From NCBI GenBank assembly GCA_035714785.1, contig DASTLQ010000016.1, positions 1 through 63,832 of the forward strand: DNA of 63,832 nucleotides, in the 5' to 3' direction. Positions 25,939-34,742 of the stretch are shown piece after piece. This DNA comes from Minisyncoccota bacterium (GTDB lineage Bacteria; Patescibacteriota; Minisyncoccia; Phycocordibacterales; UBA9973). Below the pieces are notes generated by a model, which was given only the letters and a program-made list of their open reading frames with translations, made no database searches and was not told the origin of the DNA. The translations under genes were made by a program, and so were the position numbers. Numbering within the stretch: the stretch's first letter is position 1; the number at the start of each line of letters is the position of its first letter.

Positions 25939-26309
25939 TAAAAGCGGTTGTGGCAGGGATACCAGGTTTATTATTAAACATGACCCTGATACACCTTGCA
26001 GATGTTTTCTTCGAAAAAAATGGTGCGGCAATGCTTCCAGTTGTCGTATTCTCATTCATTGCGAGGGAAACTGTCAGTTTTATTACTCAAAAAAAATGGG
26101 TATTTAAAACTGACAAAAAGGAAAGCTCAAGAGAAGTGCAATTATATGCAATAAATTCTCTCGTCATTGTGGTATTCAGTAGCGTATTGTTTATTTACGC
26201 CACAGAAAACTGGAAGAACATTGACGTAGCCTTCCTGCCAATAATTATTGGAATTATTACCGTAGTGATAAACATTCCGGTAATGTTTAAAATAATTTTC
26301 AAAAAATAA
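25926..26309 (+). CDS. GtrA-like 4-TM membrane protein (127 aa)
   Basis: Four predicted TM helices and a FITQKKWVF segment resembling the GtrA-family N..W.F motif. Assignment from pattern only. Confidence 0.5.
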   Translation: MVKIIKAVVAGIPGLLLNMTLIHLADVFFEKNGAAMLPVVVFSFIARETVSFITQKKWVFKTDKKESSREVQLYAINSLVIVVFSSVLFIYATENWKNIDVAFLPIIIGIITVVINIPVMFKIIFKK

Positions 26310-26342
26310 ACCCATCGCAACAATAGCGGTGGGTTTTTCTTT

Positions 26343-26403
26343 TGCATGCAAGGGGACCCCTTGCATGTTATCCACAGGTTGGGGTAAGGGGTCCCCTTAC
26401 ACC
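26343..26403. repeat. palindromic repeat locus R4 (one DnaA box)
   Basis: tgcatgcaaggggaccccttgcatgttatccacaggttggggtaaggggtccccttacacc. TTATCCACA at 26368-26376. Abuts the stop codon of the ABC-2 permease gene. Confidence 0.9.
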
Positions 26404-27248
26404 TAACGAGTTCCTTTGCGACGGAAGAGATAGGAGGCCAAAGGCATGAAAATCGCCACTAGACCTACGCACCATAGGATTGTGATCCAAACATGATTCC
26501 CAGTCGGTAAACCGTTCATGAGGGCCCTCATAGCCTCTATCACATGTGTCACAGGCTGATTTTCAGCAAATAATCGCAAAATCCCTGGCATAGTTTCTGT
26601 CGGTACAAAAGCAGCACTCGCAAAGGTAAGAGGGAAAACCAAAATAAACCCAAACCACTGAACGCCTTCTACAGTTTTTGCCATCAATCCCATAACTGCA
26701 GAAATCCAAGAGAAAGCTAAAGTAAACAGCACCAACAAAAGCACTATCAAAAGCCAATCAGTAAAAGAAGCCACTGGGCGAAAACCAATCAGAAGCGCAA
26801 CGACGATGAGGATTGCTGAAGAAATTATATTGCGAACTAAGTCCGCCACCACGTGCCCTGTCATCACTGCCCCACTCACAATGGGCAAAGATTTTAATCT
26901 ATCAACCAACCCTGTTTTCAAATCACTAGCTACCGAAAGCGAAGTAGTGGTAGCTCCAAAAGCAGACATCTGAATCAAGATTCCAGCTACAAGAAAATTT
27001 ACATAGCTCGTTCCTCCTGTATCAATCGCCCCTCCAAAAACATATCTGAATAAAAGCATAAACATGATGGGCTGAATTGCTAGCGACAAAAACTGATCTT
27101 TGTTTCTAAAAATATGTCGCAAGCTTCTACGAATTAGCACAAAAGAATCCGACGCTCCCCAGTAAAAGGACGAATGCGGTTTAATATTTTCTTCTTTTGG
27201 AATGGATAGTAATGTATCTTTCATATTATTGATTATTCTCTTCGGCAT
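26403..27248 (-). CDS. ABC-2 type transporter permease (DrrB-like)
   Basis: Six TM helices with the ABC-2 membrane pattern. An alternative start ATG at 27224 (MKDTLL) lies 1 nt after the ATPase stop. Confidence 0.85.
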   Translation of the reverse strand: MPKRIINNMKDTLLSIPKEENIKPHSSFYWGASDSFVLIRRSLRHIFRNKDQFLSLAIQPIMFMLLFRYVFGGAIDTGGTSYVNFLVAGILIQMSAFGATTTSLSVASDLKTGLVDRLKSLPIVSGAVMTGHVVADLVRNIISSAILIVVALLIGFRPVASFTDWLLIVLLLVLFTLAFSWISAVMGLMAKTVEGVQWFGFILVFPLTFASAAFVPTETMPGILRLFAENQPVTHVIEAMRALMNGLPTGNHVWITILWCVGLVAIFMPLASYLFRRKGTR

Positions 27249-28176
27249 GATGGCCTGTTAATCTCATAAATACATCATCGAGGGTAGGCTTCTTTACTGT
27301 CATAGATTCTATCTTCACTCCCCCATCTTTCATTTTGTTTAAAATATTTCCGATATCTTCTACACCTCTTCTGACAGGAATTGATAATATATTTTTTTCT
27401 TCATCAAATACAGACCCGTCGCCCGCGAGACTAACCGCTTTTTCTTTTTGTGATGTATCAGAAAGCACCAGCTCCAAAGTATCGCTTCCAACTTGAGATT
27501 TTAGTTCATCAGCTGTACCAAGCGCAATCACCTTTCCATGATCGATCACTGCAATCTTGTCCGCCAGCTTGTCTGCCTCTTCCAAATATTGAGTCGTAAG
27601 TAAAATAGTTGCTCCATCTTTTATAAGTCGCTCAATCACCTCCCACATTGCAAGACGTGAACGAGGATCAAGGCCGGTTGTCGGTTCATCCAAAAACAGA
27701 ACCGGAGGAGTAGCCACCAAAGAAAGCGCTAGGTCTAGACGTCTTTTCATTCCGCCTGAGTAAGTTTTCACTATTCTTTTTCCCGCTTGTACTAAATCAA
27801 ATTGCTTCAACAGTTCTGTGGCTCTTTTTGTACTTTCAATTTTACCGAGATGATATAGCTCCCCCATCATAATGAGATTTTCTTCTCCCGTCAGATATTC
27901 ATCCACTGCAGCATACTGTCCCGTGAGACCCACCATGCTACGCACTTTTTTTGAATTCTTTACCACATCAAAACCTTCGACTGTTACTTCTCCGTCATCG
28001 GGATGAAGCAAGGTAGAAAGAATCCTCACCGTAGTAGTCTTTCCCGCCCCATTTGGACCGAGCAGGGCAAGCATCGTCCCCTTTGGCACCGACAGATCAA
28101 TGCCATCTAGCACTTTTAGGTCACCGAAGGATTTTTTCAATCCTTTGATATGTATAGAAATATCCTCATTTGTCAT
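27226..28176 (-). CDS. ABC transporter ATP-binding protein (DrrA-like)
   Basis: Walker A GPNGAGKTT, signature YSGGMKRRL, Walker B LFLDEPTTGLD. Confidence 0.92.
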   Translation of the reverse strand: MTNEDISIHIKGLKKSFGDLKVLDGIDLSVPKGTMLALLGPNGAGKTTTVRILSTLLHPDDGEVTVEGFDVVKNSKKVRSMVGLTGQYAAVDEYLTGEENLIMMGELYHLGKIESTKRATELLKQFDLVQAGKRIVKTYSGGMKRRLDLALSLVATPPVLFLDEPTTGLDPRSRLAMWEVIERLIKDGATILLTTQYLEEADKLADKIAVIDHGKVIALGTADELKSQVGSDTLELVLSDTSQKEKAVSLAGDGSVFDEEKNILSIPVRRGVEDIGNILNKMKDGGVKIESMTVKKPTLDDVFMRLTGHHAEENNQ

Positions 28177-28195
28177 AGAGTATATTTATACCATA

Positions 28196-28289
28196 GGGGT
28201 AAGGGGTCCCCTTGCATGTTATCCACAGGTTGGGGTAAGGGGTCCCCTTGTGGATAAAGTGTAAGGGGTCCCCTTGCATGTTGGGTCCC
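28196..28289. repeat. palindromic repeat locus R5 (two DnaA boxes)
   Basis: Three core units of ggggtaaggggtcccctt. TTATCCACA at 28219-28227 and TGTGGATAA at 28249-28257. Lies between the ABC operon start and the 3' end of the next gene. Confidence 0.9.
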
Positions 28290-28295
28290 TGTCTA

Positions 28296-28631
28296 TTATC
28301 CAAATCTCGCCAGAATAAAAATCGATATCACTCCAAGTGAAATACCGATGATCTCATAAACACTTAGCTCTTCTTTAAAAAAGAAAACTCCGACAAAAAC
28401 AAGCAGAATGAGAGTGGTGACAGAATAGAATACTCCGAGGGTACTGAGCTTTACGTGCTTCATCACATAAAACCATCCGAACGAAGTCAAAGCGTATAGA
28501 AACATACCCAACAGAAAGGGTCGGTACTCCATATACTTTACGCCATTTCCTGAGATCTTAATAAAATAATCTGCTAGTACTCCCACTACGGAGAGCAAAA
28601 GTATTATCAAAATCGGAATCAAGTTAGCCAT
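28296..28631 (-). CDS. small 4-TM DMT/SMR-like (EamA-type) membrane protein (111 aa)
   Basis: Four TM helices of size and spacing typical of SMR/ArnE-F-like half transporters. No diagnostic motif verified. Confidence 0.55.
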   Translation of the reverse strand: MANLIPILIILLLSVVGVLADYFIKISGNGVKYMEYRPFLLGMFLYALTSFGWFYVMKHVKLSTLGVFYSVTTLILLVFVGVFFFKEELSVYEIIGISLGVISIFILARFG

Positions 28632-28792
28632 AAAAATATTATATAATTTAAAAGTTAATTTCCTTTTTAATTTTAGTGCCGATTTTTTTTCTTATATCAT
28701 TCGGTGGCAATATGACAATATCTATCAACATATCTAAATTATACCAAAATTCTAGCCCAAGGGTGAGGATGGGTTATGAAAAAAACTGTTTG

Positions 28793-28879
28793 CGGAGGCG
28801 GTGAGATTTGAACTCACGATCAGGTTTCCCCGATGCCGGTTTTCGAAACCGGTGCCTTCAACCACTCAGCCACGCCTCC
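28793..28879 (-). tRNA. tRNA-Ser (anticodon CGA)
   Basis: Minus strand GGAGGCG-TG-...CCGGT-TTCGAAA-ACCGG. Long variable arm ATCGGG-gaaa-CCTGAT. T arm GTGAG-TTCAAAT-CTCAC. Acceptor CGCCTCC-G. No encoded CCA. Confidence 0.9.
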
Positions 28880-28904
28880 CAAAGCACTTTCCATTATAAC
28901 CCAT

Positions 28905-30842
28905 TTATTTCAATTTCATGCCTCGCACCAAGGCGCCCAAAATTACTTTTAGTGAAATAGTGGCTCCCCCGACTACCTTATCCGCCCCACCGTAGTAGAT
29001 AAACAACTGATCCCCTTTCAAGACCATTCCACAAGGGAAAACCACATTATTCACAATTCCCACTTTTTCATATTCTTCTTCTGGCTCAAAAATCGTATCC
29101 GTGCTCCGAGCAAGGACAATCGCAGGATCTTTTAGATCAAGCAAAAGAGCTCCAAGTCGATAAGTGTTGTGATTTTTTGATACTCCATGATAAAGCAAAA
29201 GCCAGCCGTGTTTTGTTTTCATCGGCGGTGCAGCAATTCCTACTTTAGAGCTATCCCATTTATTTAGTCTTGGTCCAATAATTCTAATGCACTTATTCAA
29301 AACCTCCTTCTTGCTAAAATCTAAAGTTGAAAGATAATCCCCGCAAATTTCTCCTTCGATTCGATGCAAAACAAAATACCCTTCTTTTAATTTCTCCGGC
29401 AAGAAGCAAGCATCCTTGTCGTCGAGCCCTTCAGGAGTGATCAAATGAGGCTTTGTCCAATTCCACTTTCGAGCTAAGAAATCTTTTTCTGAAATAACGG
29501 AGACCGCTACTCTTGGTGGACCAATACCGTCAAAAGCTGTGTAGCAAACTAAAATCTGTTTACCAATTTTGGTCAAACGCGGATCTTCACAACCAGAATT
29601 CGCATTTTCTATTTTCTTTATTTCAAAATCTTCTCGAGGAGAATATATCGGCGTCAAAGAACGTTCTTTCAAGAGAAATCCGTCTTCCGTCATTGCGTAA
29701 CCAAAAGTAGAAGTATTGTCTTCCGAAAGCGCCCTATAAAGTATATGAATTTTACCTCCAACTAAAAGAGCAGCTGGATTAAAAACCGCTTTTGATTCCC
29801 ACGAATTATATTTTTCTGGAGAAAGAATTGGGTTATCAGGAAATCTTTTGAAATGCCAGTCGGAAGCTAAATCTTCATGCATTGAAGAAACAAGATCCTT
29901 TAGACTTACCTTTGCTAGACAAGCCGTCGTATCGGCCGCTCCATAGTAAATAGTCAAAATATCCTTTGAAACCATAGCTCCGCTGGGAAACACTACGTCA
30001 TTTACATAACCAGAAAGTTCGTAATGCTCTTCTGGCACTAAAATCGGTCCGCGTGTTCGGCCAATTATTTTTCTTGGATCTTTTAAATCAAGCAACAGCC
30101 CTTCGATACCAAAGATTCTATTTTCATTTCCAGTCGGATTAAAATAGTTTTGAATGTGGGAATAAATCAAAAGCCAACCGTATTTTGTTTTAATCGGAGG
30201 TGCGCCAACTTCTACATGATCTTTTTCTCCCCGTCTTGGATTGATAATCCATTGATCAAAATTTTCTTCCCACTTTTTCCAAAAACTTGGATTCCATAAA
30301 TCTTCTATCTCGGAAAGATAAGCAACCACCATTTCTGCAGGCGGTTCATCAGTATGAATAGAAAAAATCACAGCAATCTTTCCGTTGATTCTCTCGGGGA
30401 AAAGGGTCATGGCCTTAGCATTAAAAGGAGTGACCAAATGTCGTTCTTCAATCTTTTTCATGTCTTTTGAAATCGCCACCCCTACTTTTATACTTTTTGA
30501 ATCAGGAGGAAAAGCAGAAATTCCAGTATAGAAAATATAATATTTCCCTTCAAAAAAAGTAACTCTCGGATCCTCGCAACCAAACATATCCCAGTCTTTT
30601 GCAGGTATTATAAATTGTCTTCTGTTTTCAAAACGTGCCCCGTCCTTGCTCTCTGCTATCCCAATAGTAGAAATTTGGGTCGGCTTCTGCATGGAATCAG
30701 GCACTGAAAGCGCTCGATAAAGTCCATAAATTTTTTTTCCTCGGGCAACAGGACAAAGATTAAAAGTAGCAAACCCCTCCCAGTAGTGGTTTTTATCCGG
30801 CACCATTATTGGATTATGTTCTGATCTTTTTGTAACAAACAT
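28905..30842 (-). CDS. tandem double GH130-family glycoside phosphorylase/hydrolase (645 aa)
   Basis: Two homologous halves, each with the GH130-like GCEDPR motif (GCEDPRVTFF and GCEDPRLTKI), YYGGAD near each C-terminus, and WLL(I/L)YH. Confidence 0.8.
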   Translation of the reverse strand: MFVTKRSEHNPIMVPDKNHYWEGFATFNLCPVARGKKIYGLYRALSVPDSMQKPTQISTIGIAESKDGARFENRRQFIIPAKDWDMFGCEDPRVTFFEGKYYIFYTGISAFPPDSKSIKVGVAISKDMKKIEERHLVTPFNAKAMTLFPERINGKIAVIFSIHTDEPPAEMVVAYLSEIEDLWNPSFWKKWEENFDQWIINPRRGEKDHVEVGAPPIKTKYGWLLIYSHIQNYFNPTGNENRIFGIEGLLLDLKDPRKIIGRTRGPILVPEEHYELSGYVNDVVFPSGAMVSKDILTIYYGAADTTACLAKVSLKDLVSSMHEDLASDWHFKRFPDNPILSPEKYNSWESKAVFNPAALLVGGKIHILYRALSEDNTSTFGYAMTEDGFLLKERSLTPIYSPREDFEIKKIENANSGCEDPRLTKIGKQILVCYTAFDGIGPPRVAVSVISEKDFLARKWNWTKPHLITPEGLDDKDACFLPEKLKEGYFVLHRIEGEICGDYLSTLDFSKKEVLNKCIRIIGPRLNKWDSSKVGIAAPPMKTKHGWLLLYHGVSKNHNTYRLGALLLDLKDPAIVLARSTDTIFEPEEEYEKVGIVNNVVFPCGMVLKGDQLFIYYGGADKVVGGATISLKVILGALVRGMKLK

Positions 30843-30843
30843 T

Positions 30844-31989
30844 TTATTTTTTCTTTATTAATTTTACTTTCTCTTTTCCGCCGGAGAGAAGATCGGCTAA
30901 TAAATCTTTCAAAGGGACGGAGGCCACGGCCACTACTTTATCTGCTCCACCATAATACACAAAAAGATTTTTATCCTTTACTACTGCTCCACAACAATAA
31001 ATCACTCCCCACTTATGTCCTTCATTTTCATAATCTTTTTCCGGTTCTAAAATAGGTTCTTTGGATCGATACAAAACTTTTGTTGGGTCCTTTAAATCAA
31101 GCAAAAGAGCTCCGAGGCGATATCGATCAGGATTATGGTGCTCCATAGCATGATAAAGGATTAACCAACCCTCCTTGGTTTTAATCGGAGTGGGCCCAAC
31201 ACCTCTAAACCAACTATCCCAAGTGCGACTTAAATCCACCGGTCGAGTGTTGTTGCTTTTGATAAATTTCTTTCCATTTAATTCGTCCAAGCTATCAAAA
31301 TAAGCCACGAGAATTTTAGGATAAAAACTATGCATGATTGCATACTTTCCTTTTATTTTCTCTGGAAAAAGAACCCAATTTTTATGAATTTCCCCTGGAG
31401 GAGAAATCAAAACAGGACTTTTCCAATTCCATCTTTTTTTCTTTAAATCTGAAAGTGAGATTGAAGTCAAAGCCAAACGAAGTGAACCCCAACCATCAAA
31501 AGCAGTGAAAATCATATAAGCTCTATCATCAATCAAAGTAAGTCGAGGATCTTCACACCCCCCATTCCAACCATCACCTGAAGAATAATTCAAAATAGGA
31601 GTTTCGCTTTTTTGCTCCAAGGAAGAGTGTCTTTTGAAAATACTATAAGGCAGACGTTCATCAATTTGGAAACCATCACTACTAAGTGCATAACCAAGCA
31701 CTGAAGAATCATTTTCACCCACTGCTCGGTAAATTAAATATATTTTTTCATCTACCGTAATTGCCGCCGGATTGAAAGTAGCTTTTGATTCCCAAGGATA
31801 AACTCCTGGCTCAATAATGGGATTACGAGGAGATCTTTTAAGCTCCACAACTTTCTTCTTGAGACGTAGCGCCTTCTTTTTCTTCAGAAGAATTTTCTTC
31901 TTTGTAGGAACTTTCTTTTTTACAATTGCTTTTGCTTTTTTAAGTACGGCCATATTTATCGTGGTAACGAATAATATCTTCTTCATCAA
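30844..31989 (-). CDS. GH130-family glycoside phosphorylase/hydrolase with Lys-rich N-terminal extension (381 aa)
   Basis: GGCEDPRLTLI, WLILYHA and YYGGADKVV. The N-terminal residues KKAKAIVKKKVPTKKKILLKKKKALRLKKKVVELKR precede the conserved RNPII start of the fold. Confidence 0.8.
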   Translation of the reverse strand: MMKKILFVTTINMAVLKKAKAIVKKKVPTKKKILLKKKKALRLKKKVVELKRSPRNPIIEPGVYPWESKATFNPAAITVDEKIYLIYRAVGENDSSVLGYALSSDGFQIDERLPYSIFKRHSSLEQKSETPILNYSSGDGWNGGCEDPRLTLIDDRAYMIFTAFDGWGSLRLALTSISLSDLKKKRWNWKSPVLISPPGEIHKNWVLFPEKIKGKYAIMHSFYPKILVAYFDSLDELNGKKFIKSNNTRPVDLSRTWDSWFRGVGPTPIKTKEGWLILYHAMEHHNPDRYRLGALLLDLKDPTKVLYRSKEPILEPEKDYENEGHKWGVIYCCGAVVKDKNLFVYYGGADKVVAVASVPLKDLLADLLSGGKEKVKLIKKK

Positions 31990-32281
31990 AATCTCCAGTA
32001 GAAATTTCCAAAACTTTTATTCCATTCTCGCCAGCAAAAATTCGATGCTTTGTCCCAGGGCTAATTATTGTTTCATCCCCTTCTATTATTTTAGATTTTA
32101 CCTCACCAATTTCCATTTCACCGCTTCCAGAAATAACTCGCCAAAATTCTGTTCGATTTTTATGACTCTGTAAAGAAAAAGCTTCTCCGCTATTTACCGT
32201 TAATATTTTTACGGTCGAAGAAAGATTATGAGTAAATTGCTCAAATTTCCCCCAAGGTTTTTCTACAATTAAAGTTTTCAT
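31940..32281 (-). CDS. cupin-domain protein, type II phosphomannose isomerase-like (113 aa)
   Basis: EKPWGKFEQF..VKILTVNSGEAFSLQSHKNRTEFWRVISGSG matches the PMI type II C-terminal cupin pattern. Confidence 0.75.
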   Translation of the reverse strand: MKTLIVEKPWGKFEQFTHNLSSTVKILTVNSGEAFSLQSHKNRTEFWRVISGSGEMEIGEVKSKIIEGDETIISPGTKHRIFAGENGIKVLEISTGDFDEEDIIRYHDKYGRT

Positions 32282-33027
32282 AATAGATTTAATATTTTTT
32301 GCATTAATAAATCCGCTGGTAAAAACTTACCACGGAGCGGAACATAGAACTTCCCTTTTACCCTTGTTTTATCAGCTGAAATTGGAATTCCAGTAGCTTC
32401 GAGCATCTCTTTATCATTATAATTATCCCCTATCGCCATTACTTGGGATTTTTTTAAATTAAAAATTTTCATTACCTGCCTCACGCCCAAAGCTTTCGTC
32501 TGTTTATTTTTTATTCCAATATCATAGGCTTCCCCATTCCAGACGGTGTATAGATTCTTATCTTGGGCCACAATTTTTTCTATAGCCGGCACTTTCTTCT
32601 CGCAATGAATGGTGATGATGAATTCTTTGGGCTCAAAACCTTTTATATTTTTATCCTTCACCGCTTTCAATTTCGGAAATATTTTTTGTAAATAGATATA
32701 ACTATTAAAATGCTGATAGATTTTTCCTCGATACCAAGTAGCACTTCCGTTTTCGTAAGTTAAGCTGACGAAAGATAAAACATCCCGAAACATTTCTTGC
32801 AACATGTATAATCCTCTGCCAGAACTTATATTTATCAGGAATCCTTTTTCAGACAACTGCCTTATCTGCTCTATCTGATCTTTGCCGATTACTTTGGTCT
32901 CAAGTGTTGTTGTATTCCCTACTTGTTTAATCTTCGTCCCCCGAGGAACCAGCACTCCATCCACATCAAAGACAATCATCTTTAAATTCTTCAAATCCTG
33001 CTTTGACATTTTTTCGATAGGTTTCAT
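32278..33027 (-). CDS. HAD-superfamily phosphatase, subfamily IIB (Cof-type)
   Basis: Motif I FDVDGVL and motif IV GDNYNDKEM, with cap insertion length consistent with HAD-IIB. Confidence 0.75.
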   Translation of the reverse strand: MKPIEKMSKQDLKNLKMIVFDVDGVLVPRGTKIKQVGNTTTLETKVIGKDQIEQIRQLSEKGFLINISSGRGLYMLQEMFRDVLSFVSLTYENGSATWYRGKIYQHFNSYIYLQKIFPKLKAVKDKNIKGFEPKEFIITIHCEKKVPAIEKIVAQDKNLYTVWNGEAYDIGIKNKQTKALGVRQVMKIFNLKKSQVMAIGDNYNDKEMLEATGIPISADKTRVKGKFYVPLRGKFLPADLLMQKILNLL

Positions 33028-33503
33028 TTTTTTATTTTTTTCTTGTGCTTTTCGGCATAGGATTTTAGAAGCTCTGAAGAGCTTTGCACTTTCCCTCCTT
33101 TTCCAATATTAAATACCATCTCTATACCAAGATCATTGCAAAGTTTAAATTCTGGAATATTGTCGGCAAATCTATCACCTCCATTGGCAAAGACATGCGG
33201 TCGTATTTTCTTGATCTCCTCGCAGACACTGATATCCTGTGTCCCGTCCGAATGACAGGTCACAACGACTTCATCGACGACAGATAAAGCTTCTAGTATT
33301 TCTTTCCTTTCTATCTCCGGCATGAAGACCTCATGCTTTCCCTTCAATCTAAACCAGTGATCGTTGTTTAAAACAACAATAAGTTTGTCGCCAAGTTTCT
33401 TAGCTTCTTCGAATAATCGGATATGACCCACGTGCACCGGATCAAAGCCCCCGCTAACCATCACTACTTTCGGAGTCTTTTCTGATGGTCTCGATTCCTT
33501 CAT
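33024..33503 (-). CDS. cytidylyl/adenylyltransferase-family protein (RfaE domain II / TagD-like)
   Basis: SGGFDPVHVGHIRLFEEAKKLGD is the (H/T)xGH nucleotidyltransferase signature. Confidence 0.8.
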   Translation of the reverse strand: MKESRPSEKTPKVVMVSGGFDPVHVGHIRLFEEAKKLGDKLIVVLNNDHWFRLKGKHEVFMPEIERKEILEALSVVDEVVVTCHSDGTQDISVCEEIKKIRPHVFANGGDRFADNIPEFKLCNDLGIEMVFNIGKGGKVQSSSELLKSYAEKHKKKIKK

Positions 33504-33665
33504 AATTATTTAATTATATCTCCATAATGCTTGGCAATCAAGCAAGTGCTGTGATTATCACGCGCCCTGTCGCTCAAAGGCCATGCGACGGGCATCTCTT
33601 TACACAATGAAGAAAATATGTTATTTTAAATAAAATTTTGTTCAATCAAATAAAAGGAAAATGAG

Positions 33666-33977
33666 ATGAGAACTATAATTCTAGGCATTGGAGTTCTGGT
33701 TGCATTGTTTGTAGTTATATACGTTGTGGTGGTAGCTAAATCTGCAAATAACGACTGGTATATAGTAGTTTCCCCAGATAAAAAAAATTTCTGGGTTATC
33801 ACTACTGAACCCCACCATGTAGTCAAAACAAGAATTTCATCTTTTGATAAAGTTTACTCTCAATATATAAAGGTGGGCAACCCCGAACACGTTAAGCTCC
33901 AGATTGTTTCAGGGGTTTATGCCTATTCTAATAAAAAAGGCGGAATGGTAGAAAGCCCCTATCAGCCCCCCAAATAA
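33666..33977 (+). CDS. hypothetical membrane-anchored protein (103 aa)
   Basis: N-terminal TM ILGIGVLVALFVVIYVVVVA. A terminator follows. Confidence 0.5.
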   Translation: MRTIILGIGVLVALFVVIYVVVVAKSANNDWYIVVSPDKKNFWVITTEPHHVVKTRISSFDKVYSQYIKVGNPEHVKLQIVSGVYAYSNKKGGMVESPYQPPK

Positions 33978-33982
33978 GTTTT

Positions 33983-34015
33983 ACCCCGTCAGGAAACTGC
34001 GCGGGGTTTATTTTT
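33983..34015 (+). terminator. intrinsic terminator
   Basis: ACCCCG...CGGGGT stem followed by TTaTTTTT. Confidence 0.5.
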
Positions 34016-34069
34016 GCAATTTCAATAAAGAATGCTATATTTATGATGTCTTTTTGATATCAAACAGAC

Positions 34070-34141
34070 GGCCCTATCGTCTAACGGTTAGGACATCGGC
34101 TTTTCAAGCCGGTAATCCGGGTTCGATTCCCGGTAGGGTCA
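34070..34141 (+). tRNA. tRNA-Glu (anticodon TTC)
   Basis: GGCCCTA-TC-GTCT..GGAC-A-TCGGC-TTTTCAA-GCCGG..CCGGG-TTCGATT-CCCGG-TAGGGTC-A. No encoded CCA. Confidence 0.92.
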
Positions 34142-34245
34142 CAGATTTGACAGAATTCTTAATCACTAGTATAATTTTATTGCTGGTGAAATGTAGTAAC
34201 TAGCTGCTCTTTTTGAGCAAATTGTTCATCAAAATCGGAGGTCGT

Positions 34246-34476
34246 ATGGCACTCAGTGAGGAATTAAAAGGAAAAATTGCAATGAGTTCATTGCAAAATC
34301 ATCTGGAAAAAGGGGGGCATCTAAAGCTCATACCGGGCAATATAAAACGAGAAATAAAAAATGTCGCTAGCAAGAATGGCATTACAGTGGGAGAAGCGGC
34401 AGAATTTTATAAAATCGTTTTCGGAGAAGCTTGGAAAAAAATCGACCGGGAGTTCGATGAACTAATAGAACAGTAG
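34246..34476 (+). CDS. hypothetical small protein (76 aa)
   Basis: GGAGG at 34237-34241 precedes ATG 34246 (MALSEELKGK...). The ORF-track TTG start at 34213 is less likely. Confidence 0.45.
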   Translation: MALSEELKGKIAMSSLQNHLEKGGHLKLIPGNIKREIKNVASKNGITVGEAAEFYKIVFGEAWKKIDREFDELIEQ

Positions 34477-34621
34477 GTACAAAAAACAACTGTTCCCCTG
34501 TCTTAGAAGGTTGAGAAATTCATTTTCTCCTAAAAGGGTAACTCCGATTTGTTAGTAACCGACCCGCTTCGGCTGGTCTGTATAAGACAAATCTATGAGA
34601 ACAAGAACCTAACCTTCCTAA

Positions 34622-34655
34622 AAGGGACTTCGTATAACGAAGTCCCTTTATTCAA
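34622..34655 (+). terminator. intrinsic terminator
   Basis: AAGGGACTTCG-tataa-CGAAGTCCCTT followed by TaTT. Confidence 0.6.
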
Positions 34656-34699
34656 TTTAAATAAATGATTCAAATTCGCACCACGATAAATACACAAAT

Positions 34700-34736
34700 A
34701 AAAAAGCCCGAGATAACTCGGGCTTTTATTTTTTAG
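34700..34736. terminator. bidirectional intrinsic terminator
   Basis: AAAAAA-GCCCGAG-ataa-CTCGGGC-TTTTaTTTTTT. It lies 7 nt from the stop of the minus-strand gene at 34743. Confidence 0.7.
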
Positions 34737-34742
34737 TTATTG

